Shown here: piece by piece, positions 54,418 through 63,880 of the stretch
Numbering within the stretch: position 1 is the stretch's first letter
Layout of the letters: each line of letters starts with the position of its first letter
From: an uncultured Candidatus Rokubacteria bacterium
GTDB taxonomy: Bacteria > Methylomirabilota > Methylomirabilia > Rokubacteriales > CSP1-6
Length of the DNA stretch: 64,000 bases
NCBI GenBank assembly: GCA_963789955.1
Contig: CAWBMV010000012.1
Coordinates: forward strand, 224,001 to 288,000
Reading direction: 5' to 3'
The notes under the pieces: generated by a model
Told to the model about the DNA's origin: nothing
The model's database searches: none
Seen by the model: only the letters and a program-made list of their open reading frames with translations
Position numbers and translations under genes: made by a program

Positions 54418-55674
54418 ATGAAGGAGTCGACCCGAAGAGAATTCCTTCGGACGTCATCCTGGGCAGGGCTCGGGCTGTTCGCCGCGGGTTGCGCGCCGAA
54501 AGTGTCGGACTTCGCCCAGAAGACAGGCCGTCGCGTCGTCGTGATCGGCGGCGGATGGGGCGGCATGTCGGCGGCCAAGTACGTGCGCCTGGCCGATCCG
54601 TCGATCGAGGTCGTGTTGCTCGAGCCGAACAAGGAATTCGTGTCGTGCCCGTTCTCGAACCTGGTCCTGAGCGGCGTGCGCACGATCGACAGCCTGACCT
54701 TCGACTACGACGGCCTGCGGGCCCATGGCGTTCGCGTCCTGCACGAGACGGCCACCATGATCGAGCCCGACCGCAAGCGCGTGCAGGTCGGGAGTGACTC
54801 GCTTCCCTACGACCGGCTCATCGTTTCGCCGGGCGTCGAGTTCCAGTGGGAGCAGGTCGAGGGGCTCGCCGGCGCGCAGGACCGCGTGCTCCACGCCTGG
54901 AAGGCCGGCCCGCAGACCGTGGAGCTGGCGCGCCAGCTCCAGGCGATGCCGGATGGCGGCGTGTTCGTGCTGACGATCCCGCCGGCCGCCTATCGCTGCC
55001 CGCCCGGTCCGTACGAGCGGACGTGCCAGGTCGCGTGGTATTTGAAGAACAACAAGCCGAAGTCGAAGCTGATCGTTCTCGACGCCAACCCGAACATCAT
55101 CTCGAAGACCGCGCTGTTCCGCGCCGCCTGGGCCAACTACCCGAACATCGAATACCGCGGCTCGAACAAGGTCGTGAAGGTCGACCCCGGCGCACGCGAG
55201 GTGACGACGGAGCTCGGCGACAAGGTGAAGTACGACGTGCTGAACCTGATCCCGCCGCAGCGAGCGGGGACGATCGCGGTGACGGCGGACCTGGTCGGCG
55301 CCGACAAGCGCTGGTGCGAGGTCAACCATCTGACCTACGAGTCGGTGAAGCACAAGAACGTTCACGTGATCGGCGATTCGACGATCGGGCTGCCGGTACC
55401 GAAGTCGGGCAACGTCGCCAACGCGATGGGGAAGATCTGCGCGGTCGCGGTCGCGAGCCTGCTCAACGACAAGCCGGTGCCCACGATGGCGCCGGGGAAC
55501 ACCTGCTATAGCTGGGTGAGCGACCGGGAGGCGATCGCGGTCGTCAACAGCTACAAGATCGAGGGCGGCAAGGTCGTGCAGATCGAGCAGAAGCTCACGC
55601 CGGGCCAGTCGGAAGCGTGCGCGCAGAACGCGCTGGGGTGGGCCAACAGTATCTGGCAAGACATGCTCGGCTAG
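54418..55674 (+). CDS. fccB: Flavocytochrome c sulfide dehydrogenase flavoprotein (FccB/SoxF)
   Basis: Tat signal TRREFL, GGGWGG, SCPFSN, YRCPPGPYER, PKSG, NTCYS. Confidence 0.92.
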   Translation: MKESTRREFLRTSSWAGLGLFAAGCAPKVSDFAQKTGRRVVVIGGGWGGMSAAKYVRLADPSIEVVLLEPNKEFVSCPFSNLVLSGVRTIDSLTFDYDGLRAHGVRVLHETATMIEPDRKRVQVGSDSLPYDRLIVSPGVEFQWEQVEGLAGAQDRVLHAWKAGPQTVELARQLQAMPDGGVFVLTIPPAAYRCPPGPYERTCQVAWYLKNNKPKSKLIVLDANPNIISKTALFRAAWANYPNIEYRGSNKVVKVDPGAREVTTELGDKVKYDVLNLIPPQRAGTIAVTADLVGADKRWCEVNHLTYESVKHKNVHVIGDSTIGLPVPKSGNVANAMGKICAVAVASLLNDKPVPTMAPGNTCYSWVSDREAIAVVNSYKIEGGKVVQIEQKLTPGQSEACAQNALGWANSIWQDMLG

Positions 55675-55685
55675 GGCAGGCGAAT

Positions 55686-55792
55686 GATAAAGGCCCATCT
55701 GCTTCGTTGGCGCCCTCGGCCGCACGCTCACCGTACAGAGAGTACGGCTCGCGTGCGGCCTTCGGGCGCCGCCTCGCAGCTGGACCTTTCTC
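55686..55792. repeat. Long imperfect inverted repeat (~107 bp; MITE/REPIN-like)
   Basis: GATAAAGGCCCATCTGC...CCGTAC-agaga-GTACGG...GCAGCTGGACCTTTCTC folds end to end. Confidence 0.75.
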
Positions 55793-55842
55793 ATTCGCCT
55801 GCACGGCTGCTCATACGCCTACATGGTGCGAAAGGACATAGG

Positions 55843-56430
55843 ATGCGACTCTTTGTGAGTCTGCTTCTCATGCTGCTGATGTTGGCCGGGCCGGTGTGGG
55901 CGGGGCCGTTGGATATGGCGGGGGCGCCGCAGGCGCTGGTGTGTAGTGCTTGTCATGGCTTTGCGGGGCAGAGTCGATCGAGCACGATGCCGATCCTCGC
56001 GGGCATGGCTCCCTGGTATTTCAAGAAGGCGATCTCGGATTACGCGGCGGGCAAGCGGCCGTCGCCCGAGATGGAACCCTACGCGAAGATGGTGCTGCAG
56101 TCGGGTGTGGATGACATCGCCGCCTACTTCGCAGCTCAGGCGCGGACGCCGTCGCCGGTCAAGCTCGAGCCCGCGGCGATCGAACGCGGGCGGGCCGCCG
56201 CCGCCCAGTGCACGCTCTGCCACGGCGCCTCGGGCAAGGGTGATCCGTCCAAGGGCGTGCCCGACCTCACGGGCCAGTCGCCGGGATATCTGCGCAACCA
56301 GATGCTCCTGTTCAAGGCCGACCGGCGAAGCCCCGGTGACGATCAGCTCAAGGCCGTGAAGGTGCTGATGCGGACCATCCCCGACGAGCAGATCTCCGAC
56401 CTCGCGGCCTACTGGTCGAGCGTCCGCTAA
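55843..56430 (+). CDS. Di-heme cytochrome c4 (FccA/SoxE-like)
   Basis: Signal peptide, CSACH and CTLCH, LAG..Y / LTGQ..YL. Confidence 0.9.
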   Translation: MRLFVSLLLMLLMLAGPVWAGPLDMAGAPQALVCSACHGFAGQSRSSTMPILAGMAPWYFKKAISDYAAGKRPSPEMEPYAKMVLQSGVDDIAAYFAAQARTPSPVKLEPAAIERGRAAAAQCTLCHGASGKGDPSKGVPDLTGQSPGYLRNQMLLFKADRRSPGDDQLKAVKVLMRTIPDEQISDLAAYWSSVR

Positions 56431-57234
56431 GTGGCGTTCGCCGATGGAGCGATTCTCGTCGCGCTCGGGCTCGCGGTCGGAGCCTTCGGAACGCTCATCG
56501 GCGCCGGCGGCGGATTCATCCTCGTTCCCATCCTGGTCCTCGGCTACCACTTTCCGCCGGCTCAGGCCGTCGGCACGTCGCTGTCGCTCGTCTTTCTCAA
56601 CGCGGCGTCGGGAAGCGTGGCCTATCTTCGTCAGCGGCGGGTCGATCTCTCGCTCGGCTGGAAGTTCGCCGCGTCGACGATCCCCGGGGCCATCATCGGG
56701 GCCTTTCTCACGCGGTCGATCTCCTCGTCGCTGTTCAACCTGCTGTTCGGCATCGTGCTGCTCGCGATCGCGGTGCTGCTCTTCTCCGGCATCACGGCGG
56801 CGCCGTCGAGCCGCGCCGGGGTCCGCCAGGTGGTCGACGCCTCCCGTGAGGCGCACACCTACCGGGTCGACGTCTGGAAGGGCGTGGTCGTCAGCCTGCT
56901 CGTCGGGTTCATGTCGAGCATCCTCGGCATCGGCGGCGGCATCATCCACGTGCCGTTCCTGATCGTCGCGCTGAGCCTGCCGATCCACATCGCCACCGCC
57001 ACCTCCCACTTCGTCCTGAGCATCTCGGCCTTCGTCGGGGCGGTGACGTTCCTGGCGCTCGGCAACGTCGATCTCCGCACCGTCGCGCTCATGGGCGCCG
57101 GTATCCTCGTCGGCGCGCAGCTCGGGGCGCGGGCGTCGCTTCGCGCCGGCGCGACCTTGATCCGGCGGATCCTGGCCGGCTCGCTCGCCGTCGTCGGGCT
57201 CCGGATGATCTTGCAGGGGCTCGGCCGTGCGTAG
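56431..57234 (+). CDS. TauE/SafE family sulfite exporter
   Basis: GAGGGFILVP, AVGTSL, LGIGGGIIHVP, ATATS. Confidence 0.92.
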   Translation: MAFADGAILVALGLAVGAFGTLIGAGGGFILVPILVLGYHFPPAQAVGTSLSLVFLNAASGSVAYLRQRRVDLSLGWKFAASTIPGAIIGAFLTRSISSSLFNLLFGIVLLAIAVLLFSGITAAPSSRAGVRQVVDASREAHTYRVDVWKGVVVSLLVGFMSSILGIGGGIIHVPFLIVALSLPIHIATATSHFVLSISAFVGAVTFLALGNVDLRTVALMGAGILVGAQLGARASLRAGATLIRRILAGSLAVVGLRMILQGLGRA

Positions 57235-57245
57235 GCTCGTCTGAC

Positions 57246-58796
57246 ATGCGCTACGGCTTCGTGATCGATCAGCGCCGATGCATCGGCTGTCACGCGTGCA
57301 CGGTGGCGTGTAAAGAGGAAAATCGTGTCCCGCTCGGCGCGTTCCGCACCTGGGTGAAATACATCGAGCGCGGCAGCTTCCCGAACACGCGCCGCTACTT
57401 CTCCGTGCTCCGCTGCAATCACTGCGACTCGGCACCCTGCGTGACCATCTGTCCGACCGTCGCCCTCTACCGGCGCGACGACGGCATCGTCGATTTCGAC
57501 GGCGCTCGCTGCATCGGCTGCAAGTCGTGCATGCAGGCCTGCCCGTACGACGCGCTCTACATCGACCCGGAGACGCAGACGGCGGCGAAGTGCAACTACT
57601 GCGCGCATCGGGTCGAGGTCGGCCTCGAGCCCGCGTGCGTCATCGTGTGCCCGGAGCAAGCGATCATCGCCGGCGACCTCGACGATCCCGCCTCGCAGAT
57701 CGCCACGATCGTGGCGCGCGAGCCGGTGCAGGTGAGAAAGGCCGAGCAGGGTACGCGGCCCAAGGTGTTCTACCTCGGCGCCGACGCCGCCGCGCTCACC
57801 CCGGAGCTTCAGATCCCGTCGGAGCGCTACCTCTGGGCCCAGCGACCGGCCGAGGAGGTCGACCTGATCAGGATGGTCGCCGCCGCGCAGGAGGCGGATC
57901 ACGCGCGCGGCGGCGCGGCGCTCAGCCGGCCCGTGTACGACGTGCCGCACGCCGTCCGCCCCTGGGGCTGGAAGGTCTCCGCGTATCTGTGGACGAAATC
58001 CGTCTCGGCCGGCGCGCTGCTCGTGGCGGCTTTCGCCGGCTCCGAATCGTGGGGCAGCCTCTTCACCGGCGCCGCGCCGGCGCTGAGTCTCCTCTTCCTG
58101 GCCATCACGACGGCGCTGCTGGTCGCCGACCTCAAGCGGCCCGAGCGCTTCGCCTACATCTTGCTGAAGCCGAACTGGCGCTCGTGGCTCGTGTGGGGCG
58201 CGTGGATCTTGATGGCGTTCGGCATCACCGGCGCCGTGTGGCTCATCGGCGGCGTGACGGGACGGTCGGGCCTGCTCCACCTGGCGCTGATTCCGTCGAT
58301 CCTGCTGGCGCTCGCCACCGCGGGCTACAGCGCGTTCCTGTTCGGACAGGCCGAGGGACGAGATTTCTGGCAGAGCCCGCTCGTGCTGCCGCACCTGATC
58401 ATCGCCGCCGTGGTCGCGGGCGCCGCGACCCTGTCGGTCGCTGCGGCGATGGCGCCGCTTCAGAGCACGGAGGCGGACCCGAGCGCGACCTTGTGGCCGC
58501 TCCTGTTCCTGTCCCTGGTGGCTCACGGTTTTCTCGTCGCGCTCGAGGTGTTCAATCGGCACGCGGTCCACGACGCGACGCTCGCGGCGCGCCTGATCCG
58601 GCGCGGACCGTATCGCGCGCGCTTCTGGGGCGGCGTGGTGCTGGGCGGCGTGGTCGCGCCGATGGCGCTGATGATCGCCGGCGCGGCATCGGACTCGACC
58701 ACCGTGAGCACCCTCGGCGCGCTGCTCGCGCTGGCCGGTCTCTGGGTGTGGGAGGACTTGTGGGTGAGGGCCGGGCAGTCGGTTCCGCTGAGCTGA
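57246..58796 (+). CDS. Fused 4Fe-4S electron-transfer subunit (PsrB/TtrB-like) and NrfD/PsrC membrane anchor
   Basis: CIGCHACTVAC, CNHCDSAPCVTICP, CIGCKSCMQACPY, KCNYC; then W..SAYLW, DLKRPERF, SWL.WGAWIL and TM helices in one frame. Confidence 0.92.
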   Translation: MRYGFVIDQRRCIGCHACTVACKEENRVPLGAFRTWVKYIERGSFPNTRRYFSVLRCNHCDSAPCVTICPTVALYRRDDGIVDFDGARCIGCKSCMQACPYDALYIDPETQTAAKCNYCAHRVEVGLEPACVIVCPEQAIIAGDLDDPASQIATIVAREPVQVRKAEQGTRPKVFYLGADAAALTPELQIPSERYLWAQRPAEEVDLIRMVAAAQEADHARGGAALSRPVYDVPHAVRPWGWKVSAYLWTKSVSAGALLVAAFAGSESWGSLFTGAAPALSLLFLAITTALLVADLKRPERFAYILLKPNWRSWLVWGAWILMAFGITGAVWLIGGVTGRSGLLHLALIPSILLALATAGYSAFLFGQAEGRDFWQSPLVLPHLIIAAVVAGAATLSVAAAMAPLQSTEADPSATLWPLLFLSLVAHGFLVALEVFNRHAVHDATLAARLIRRGPYRARFWGGVVLGGVVAPMALMIAGAASDSTTVSTLGALLALAGLWVWEDLWVRAGQSVPLS

Positions 58797-58824
58797 GACC
58801 GTTCGCTATGACGATAGGACGACC

Positions 58825-61653
58825 ATGACAGATCGCGCGGCCATACCGCTCCATCCCGTGGCCCGGGAGATCGCCGAATCCCAGGGCGGCCTCAAGAGCT
58901 ACCCGCCCGTCGAGCGCTGGGACAACTGGGAAGAGTACGATCCGGTCGCGTGGCCGCAGAAGGTCAAGCGCCGCTACTCGCTGATCCCGACGATCTGCTT
59001 CAACTGCGAGGCGGGCTGCGGCCTGCTCGCCTACGTCGATCGCGAGACGCTCGCGATCCAGAAGTTCGAAGGCAACCCCGCCCACCCCGGGAGCCGCGGG
59101 CGCAACTGCGCCAAAGGCCCCGCGACGCTCAACCAGGTGACCGACCCGGAGCGGATCCGCTATCCGCTGCGCCGGGTCGGCCCCCGCGGGGGCGGGCGGT
59201 GGGAGCGGGTCACGTGGGACGAAGTGCTCGACGACATCGGCGGGCGCATTCGCAAGGCCCTGGTCGAGGGCCGGCAGCGCGAAATCATGTACCACCTGGG
59301 CCGGCCGGGACACGAGCTCGTCTATCTCCAGCGCGTCTTCCACGCCTGGGGCATCGACGGCCACAACAGCCATACGAACGTCTGTTCGGCGAGCGCGCGA
59401 GCGGGCTACGCCTTCTGGCACGGCATGGACCGCCCGTCGCCCGACCACGCCAACGCGCGCTTCATCCTGCTCCTGTCCTCGCACCTGGAGACCGGCCACT
59501 ACTTCAACCCGCACGCCCAGCGAATCATGGAAGCCAAGTCGCGCGGCGCCAAGATCGCCGTGTTCGACACGCGGCTCAGTAACACCGCGTCGATGGCCGA
59601 CTGGTGGGTGGCGCCGTGGCCGGGGTCGGAGTCCGCCGTGCTCCTGGCGATGGCGCATATCCTCGTGCGCGAGAAGCTCTACGACCGCGAGTTCGTCCGC
59701 CGCTGGGTGAACTGGGACGAGTACCTGCGCGAGGAGCGCCCCGATCTGCCGGTCACGTTCGACTCGTTCGAGCGCGCGATCGACGAGCTCTACGCGCACT
59801 TCACCCCGGAGTACGCCGAAGCCGAGAGCAGCGTCCCGGCCGCGACGATCGTCGAGATCGCGCGCGAGATCGGCCGCGCCGGCTCGGCGCTGGCGACCCA
59901 CATCTGGCGCAATACCGCCGCCGGCAACCTCGGCGGCTGGCAGGTCGCGCGCGCGCTCGAGCTGATCGTGGTGCTCATGGGCGCGGTCGGCACGCCCGGC
60001 GGCACCGCGCCCAGCGCCTGGAACAAGGCGGTGCCGGCGCCGCCGATGATGCCGCCGCCGGGCAAGATCTGGAGTGAGCTCCTGATGCCGCGCGAGTACC
60101 CGCTCGCGTTCTTCGAGATGAGCTTCCTGCTCCCGCATTTCCTGCGCGAAGGCCGCGGCAAGCTCGCGATGTACTTCACGCGCGTCTACAACCCGGTGTG
60201 GACGAATCCCGATGGGATGTCGTGGATCGAGGCGCTCACCGACGAGACGAAAGTGGAGCGCCACGCGTGCCTGACGCCGATCTGGAGCGAGACGGCGTGG
60301 TTCGCGGACTACGTGTTGCCGATGGGGCACGCCTCGGAGCGCCACGACCTCATGTCGCAGGAGACGCACGCCGCGCGGTGGATCGGCTTCCGCCAGCCCG
60401 TGCTGCGCGTCGCGCTCGAGCGAGCGGGCAAGCGCTTCGATCTCACCTGGCAGGCGCACGAGGCGGCCGGCATCGGACAGGTCTGGGAGGAGGACGAGTT
60501 CTGGATCGAGCTCTCCTGGCGGATCGACCCCGACGGCTCGCTCGGCATCCGGAAGTACTTCGAGTCGCCGTATCGGCCGGGCGAGAAGCTCCGCATCGAG
60601 GAGCAGTACCGGTGGATGTTCGAGAACAGCGTGCCCGGGCTTCCGGCCGCGGCCGCGAAGGAGCAGCTGACGCCGCTCGAGTACATGCGCAAGTACGGCG
60701 CGTTCCTGATCGAGGACGGCGTGTACCGCACGCACGAGCAGGCGCCCGGCGCGAAAGACCTGGACGGCGCGACCGTCGATCCCGTCACGAGTGTCATCAA
60801 CAAGGGCGGACAGCCGGTCGGCGTCGAGATCGACGGCCGGCGGCACATCGGCTTTCCCACGCCCTCACGCAAGCTCGAGTTCTTCTCGAACACCTTGAAG
60901 TCGTGGAAGTGGCCGGACCAGGCGGTGCCGAACTACATCCGGAGCCACGTCCACTGGTCGAACCTCGATCGCGCCAAGGGCGAGATGGTGCTGCTGCCGA
61001 CGTTCAGGCTCCCGACCTTGATCCACACGCGCTCGGGCAACGCGAAGTGGCTCTACGAGATCTCCCACTCGAATCCGCTCTGGCTCCATCCCGAGGACGC
61101 CACGCGGCTCGGCGTGGCGACCGGCGATCTCCTGAAGATCGCGACGCGGATCGGCCACTTCGTCGACCGGGTGTGGGTGACCGAGTCGGTGCGTCCCGGC
61201 GTGGTGGCGTGCTCACATCACCTCGGGCGGTGGCGTCTGCACGAGGACGCGGGCGGTGAGCGGTGGTCGACGTCGCTCGTCGATCTGAGCCGGCTCGACG
61301 CCGGCAAGTGGCGGATGCGTCAGCTCCACGGTCCGCGACCGTTTCCGAGCGACGATCCGGATTCGTCGCGGGTCTGGTGGAACGAGGCCGGCGTCCACCA
61401 GAACCTGACGTTCCCGGTCCAGCCCGATCCGGTCAGCGGCCAGCACTGCTGGCATCAGAAGGTGACCGTGATGCGGCCGGGCCCCGACGACCGTTACGGC
61501 GACGTCTTCGTCGACACGGACAAGTCGTTCGAGGTCTACCGCGAGTGGCTGGCGCTGGCCCGTCCGGCGCCCGGTCCCGACAATCTGCGGCGCCCGCTGT
61601 GGCTCCCGCGGGCGTTCAAGCCCGACGCGTCCGCCTACAAGATCGGGCCCTGA
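58825..61653 (+). CDS. DMSO-reductase-family molybdopterin catalytic subunit (Psr/Ttr-related), no Tat signal
   Basis: CFNCEAGC..CAKG FeS site, HNSHTNVCS, SETAWFADYVLP, HTRSGN. Confidence 0.9.
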   Translation: MTDRAAIPLHPVAREIAESQGGLKSYPPVERWDNWEEYDPVAWPQKVKRRYSLIPTICFNCEAGCGLLAYVDRETLAIQKFEGNPAHPGSRGRNCAKGPATLNQVTDPERIRYPLRRVGPRGGGRWERVTWDEVLDDIGGRIRKALVEGRQREIMYHLGRPGHELVYLQRVFHAWGIDGHNSHTNVCSASARAGYAFWHGMDRPSPDHANARFILLLSSHLETGHYFNPHAQRIMEAKSRGAKIAVFDTRLSNTASMADWWVAPWPGSESAVLLAMAHILVREKLYDREFVRRWVNWDEYLREERPDLPVTFDSFERAIDELYAHFTPEYAEAESSVPAATIVEIAREIGRAGSALATHIWRNTAAGNLGGWQVARALELIVVLMGAVGTPGGTAPSAWNKAVPAPPMMPPPGKIWSELLMPREYPLAFFEMSFLLPHFLREGRGKLAMYFTRVYNPVWTNPDGMSWIEALTDETKVERHACLTPIWSETAWFADYVLPMGHASERHDLMSQETHAARWIGFRQPVLRVALERAGKRFDLTWQAHEAAGIGQVWEEDEFWIELSWRIDPDGSLGIRKYFESPYRPGEKLRIEEQYRWMFENSVPGLPAAAAKEQLTPLEYMRKYGAFLIEDGVYRTHEQAPGAKDLDGATVDPVTSVINKGGQPVGVEIDGRRHIGFPTPSRKLEFFSNTLKSWKWPDQAVPNYIRSHVHWSNLDRAKGEMVLLPTFRLPTLIHTRSGNAKWLYEISHSNPLWLHPEDATRLGVATGDLLKIATRIGHFVDRVWVTESVRPGVVACSHHLGRWRLHEDAGGERWSTSLVDLSRLDAGKWRMRQLHGPRPFPSDDPDSSRVWWNEAGVHQNLTFPVQPDPVSGQHCWHQKVTVMRPGPDDRYGDVFVDTDKSFEVYREWLALARPAPGPDNLRRPLWLPRAFKPDASAYKIGP

Positions 61654-61717
61654 GGCGCGAATCGACTGTTGGGCTGGACGCATCCTGGATAATGCGAGAT
61701 TGGCAGGAGGGCGAACG

Positions 61718-62215
61718 ATGATGGACGGTTCCCGGATACCCCGGCGCCAGGCGTTGAAGACGCTCGGGGCGCTCGGCGTCGGCGCTGCCGCGAGCGGTCT
61801 CGCGCCGGTGAAGACCGCGCACGCGCAGGCCCCGACGCTCGGCCAGAACGAGAGCGTGCAGGACGCGATGAAGCGGCTCTTTGGCGGCAAGACCATCAAG
61901 GACGGCTCCGCCATCATCAAGTTCGACATCCCGCTCATCGCCGAGAACGGCAGCGTGGTGCCGGTGGCGGTCAGTGTCGACTCGCCGATGACCGCGTCGA
62001 GCTACGTGAAGCACATCTACGTCGTGGCCGACAAGAACCGTATTCCCGTCGTCACGCGGGTGACCCTGGCGCCGGAGGCGGGCAAGGCCTCGGTGGGCGC
62101 GAACATCCGGCTCGGCGAGACCGGTGAGGTGCGCGCGATCGTGGAGCAGAGCGACGGCACCCTGCTGCAGGTCGCGCGCGAAGTGAAAGTCACCGTCGGC
62201 GGCTGCGGAGGCTGA
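61718..62215 (+). CDS. soxY: Thiosulfate carrier SoxY
   Basis: Tat RRQAL, PLIAENGSVVPV, C-terminal VKVTVGGCGG. Confidence 0.95.
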   Translation: MMDGSRIPRRQALKTLGALGVGAAASGLAPVKTAHAQAPTLGQNESVQDAMKRLFGGKTIKDGSAIIKFDIPLIAENGSVVPVAVSVDSPMTASSYVKHIYVVADKNRIPVVTRVTLAPEAGKASVGANIRLGETGEVRAIVEQSDGTLLQVAREVKVTVGGCGG

Positions 62216-62218
62216 GCG

Positions 62219-62552
62219 ATGTCAGACATCGGGAAGGTCCGGCTCCGCATTCCCTCGACGCATCAAGCCCGGTGACGTCGTTCAGGTGCGTTCGCTCGTG
62301 ATCCATCCGATGGAGCGCATCGAGCGCGACGCGCAGGGCAAGATCCTCCAGAAGAACTACAACTACATCAACAAGGTCACGGTGACCTACCTCGGGAAGA
62401 CCGTCGCGGTCTTCGATACGACCCAGAGCGTGGCCGAGAATCCGTTCTTCTCGTTCACGTTCAAGGCGACCGATCCGGGCCAGCTCAAGGTCGAGTTCCT
62501 CGACACGACGGGCGGCCGGTACGAAGGCACCGCCGACATCAAGTTCTCGTGA
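62219..62552 (+). CDS. soxZ: SoxZ (frameshift near 62262)
   Basis: VRSLVIHPME, SVAENPFFSF; directly follows soxY. Confidence 0.88.
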
Positions 62553-62563
62553 TCGTCGCTGTC

Positions 62564-63877
62564 ATGACCGGCGCGACGGCGCGCCGGGCGCTGCGCTGGG
62601 CGGCGTTCGCGATGCTGAGCGCCGGCTGCGCTGGCACCAGCCCTCGACGTGCCCGACTACAACGCCGTCCCGAAGTGGACGTCGCGCGCGTTGCCCGAGG
62701 CGCGCGGCGAGTTCCGTACCGGGCCCGACGGCAAGCGGGTGGCGGTTCGCTACCCCGGATGGACGACGCGCGACTTCGATCGCTATCCGACCTACGCCTA
62801 CGGCGACGAGCGCATCGAGCCCTCGGTGCAGCGCGTGACGATGCCGGCGGGCGTCACCGGCGACGCCCAGAAGGGGCGCGCGCTCTTTCTGAGCCGGAGC
62901 AAGGGGCCGTGTATCGGCTGCCACCTGGTGCCGGGTGACGACGTCTGGCCCGCCGGAAGCGCCGGTCCCGACCAGTCCACGCTCGCCGATCGGAAGCTTC
63001 CGGATCAGTACCTGTATCAGGTGATCTGGGATGCTCGCGCGTACTTCCCGAACACGATCATGCCGCCGTGGGGAGCCACAGGGGTCTTGAGCTCCGAGGA
63101 GATCGTGCACGTCGTCGCCTATCTGCAGACGCTCAAGGGGCCGGCGGCGCCCGAGAAGGACCGGGAACGGAATCCGTTCACGCGTTCGAAGCCGGTGGGG
63201 TTCGGCGACAACCTCGATCCGACGAACAACCCGGCGGTGGTGCTGGCCGACGACGGCGAGGCGCTGTGGACCGCGCGCGGCCCCTCGGGCAAGGCGTGCG
63301 CCGACTGCCACGAGAGTGGCGCGGCGCGCGCGATGCGCGGCGTGGCGACGCAGTATCCAAAGTTCGTGAAGCCGTACGGGCGCGTGATGAGCCTCGAGGA
63401 TTTTCTCGAGGTGCACGCCCCGGAGACGACCGGCCGGGCGATGGCGAGCCAGTCGGCCGACAACCTCGACATGACGATGTTCGTCAAGCGCGCGTCGAAC
63501 GGGCTGCCGGTGAAGCGTCGACGTCGCGAGCCCCGAGGCGCGGGCGGCGCTCGCGCGGGGCAAGGCGACCTTCTATCGCAAGGTGGGCGAGCGGAACCAC
63601 TCGTGTGCCGACTGTCATACGACCGAGGCCGCGGCGGGGAAGTTCCTCGGCGGCCGCGTGCTCGCCGACGTCCGAGCCGGGATTGACCCGACATTTTCCG
63701 ACCTGGCGGACCGATCGCGCCGAGGTCTGGGACATGCGCAAGCGCTTCCAGTGGTGCATGACGCCACTCGGGATGAACATGCTCGCCGCCGATTCCATCG
63801 AGTACGCCGAGCTCGAGCTCTACCTGACCTCCTTCGACAACGGCAAGCCGCTCAACGTGCCCGGGATCCGCCACTAG
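62564..63877 (+). CDS. soxXA: Fused SoxX-SoxA cytochrome (frameshifts near 62645, 63510, 63672)
   Basis: Lipobox LSAGC; SoxX part KGPCIGCH..TIMPPWG continues in frame into SoxA part CADCH..YPK, second CADCH, RFQWC, ELELYL. Confidence 0.85.
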
Positions 63878-63880
63878 CGC

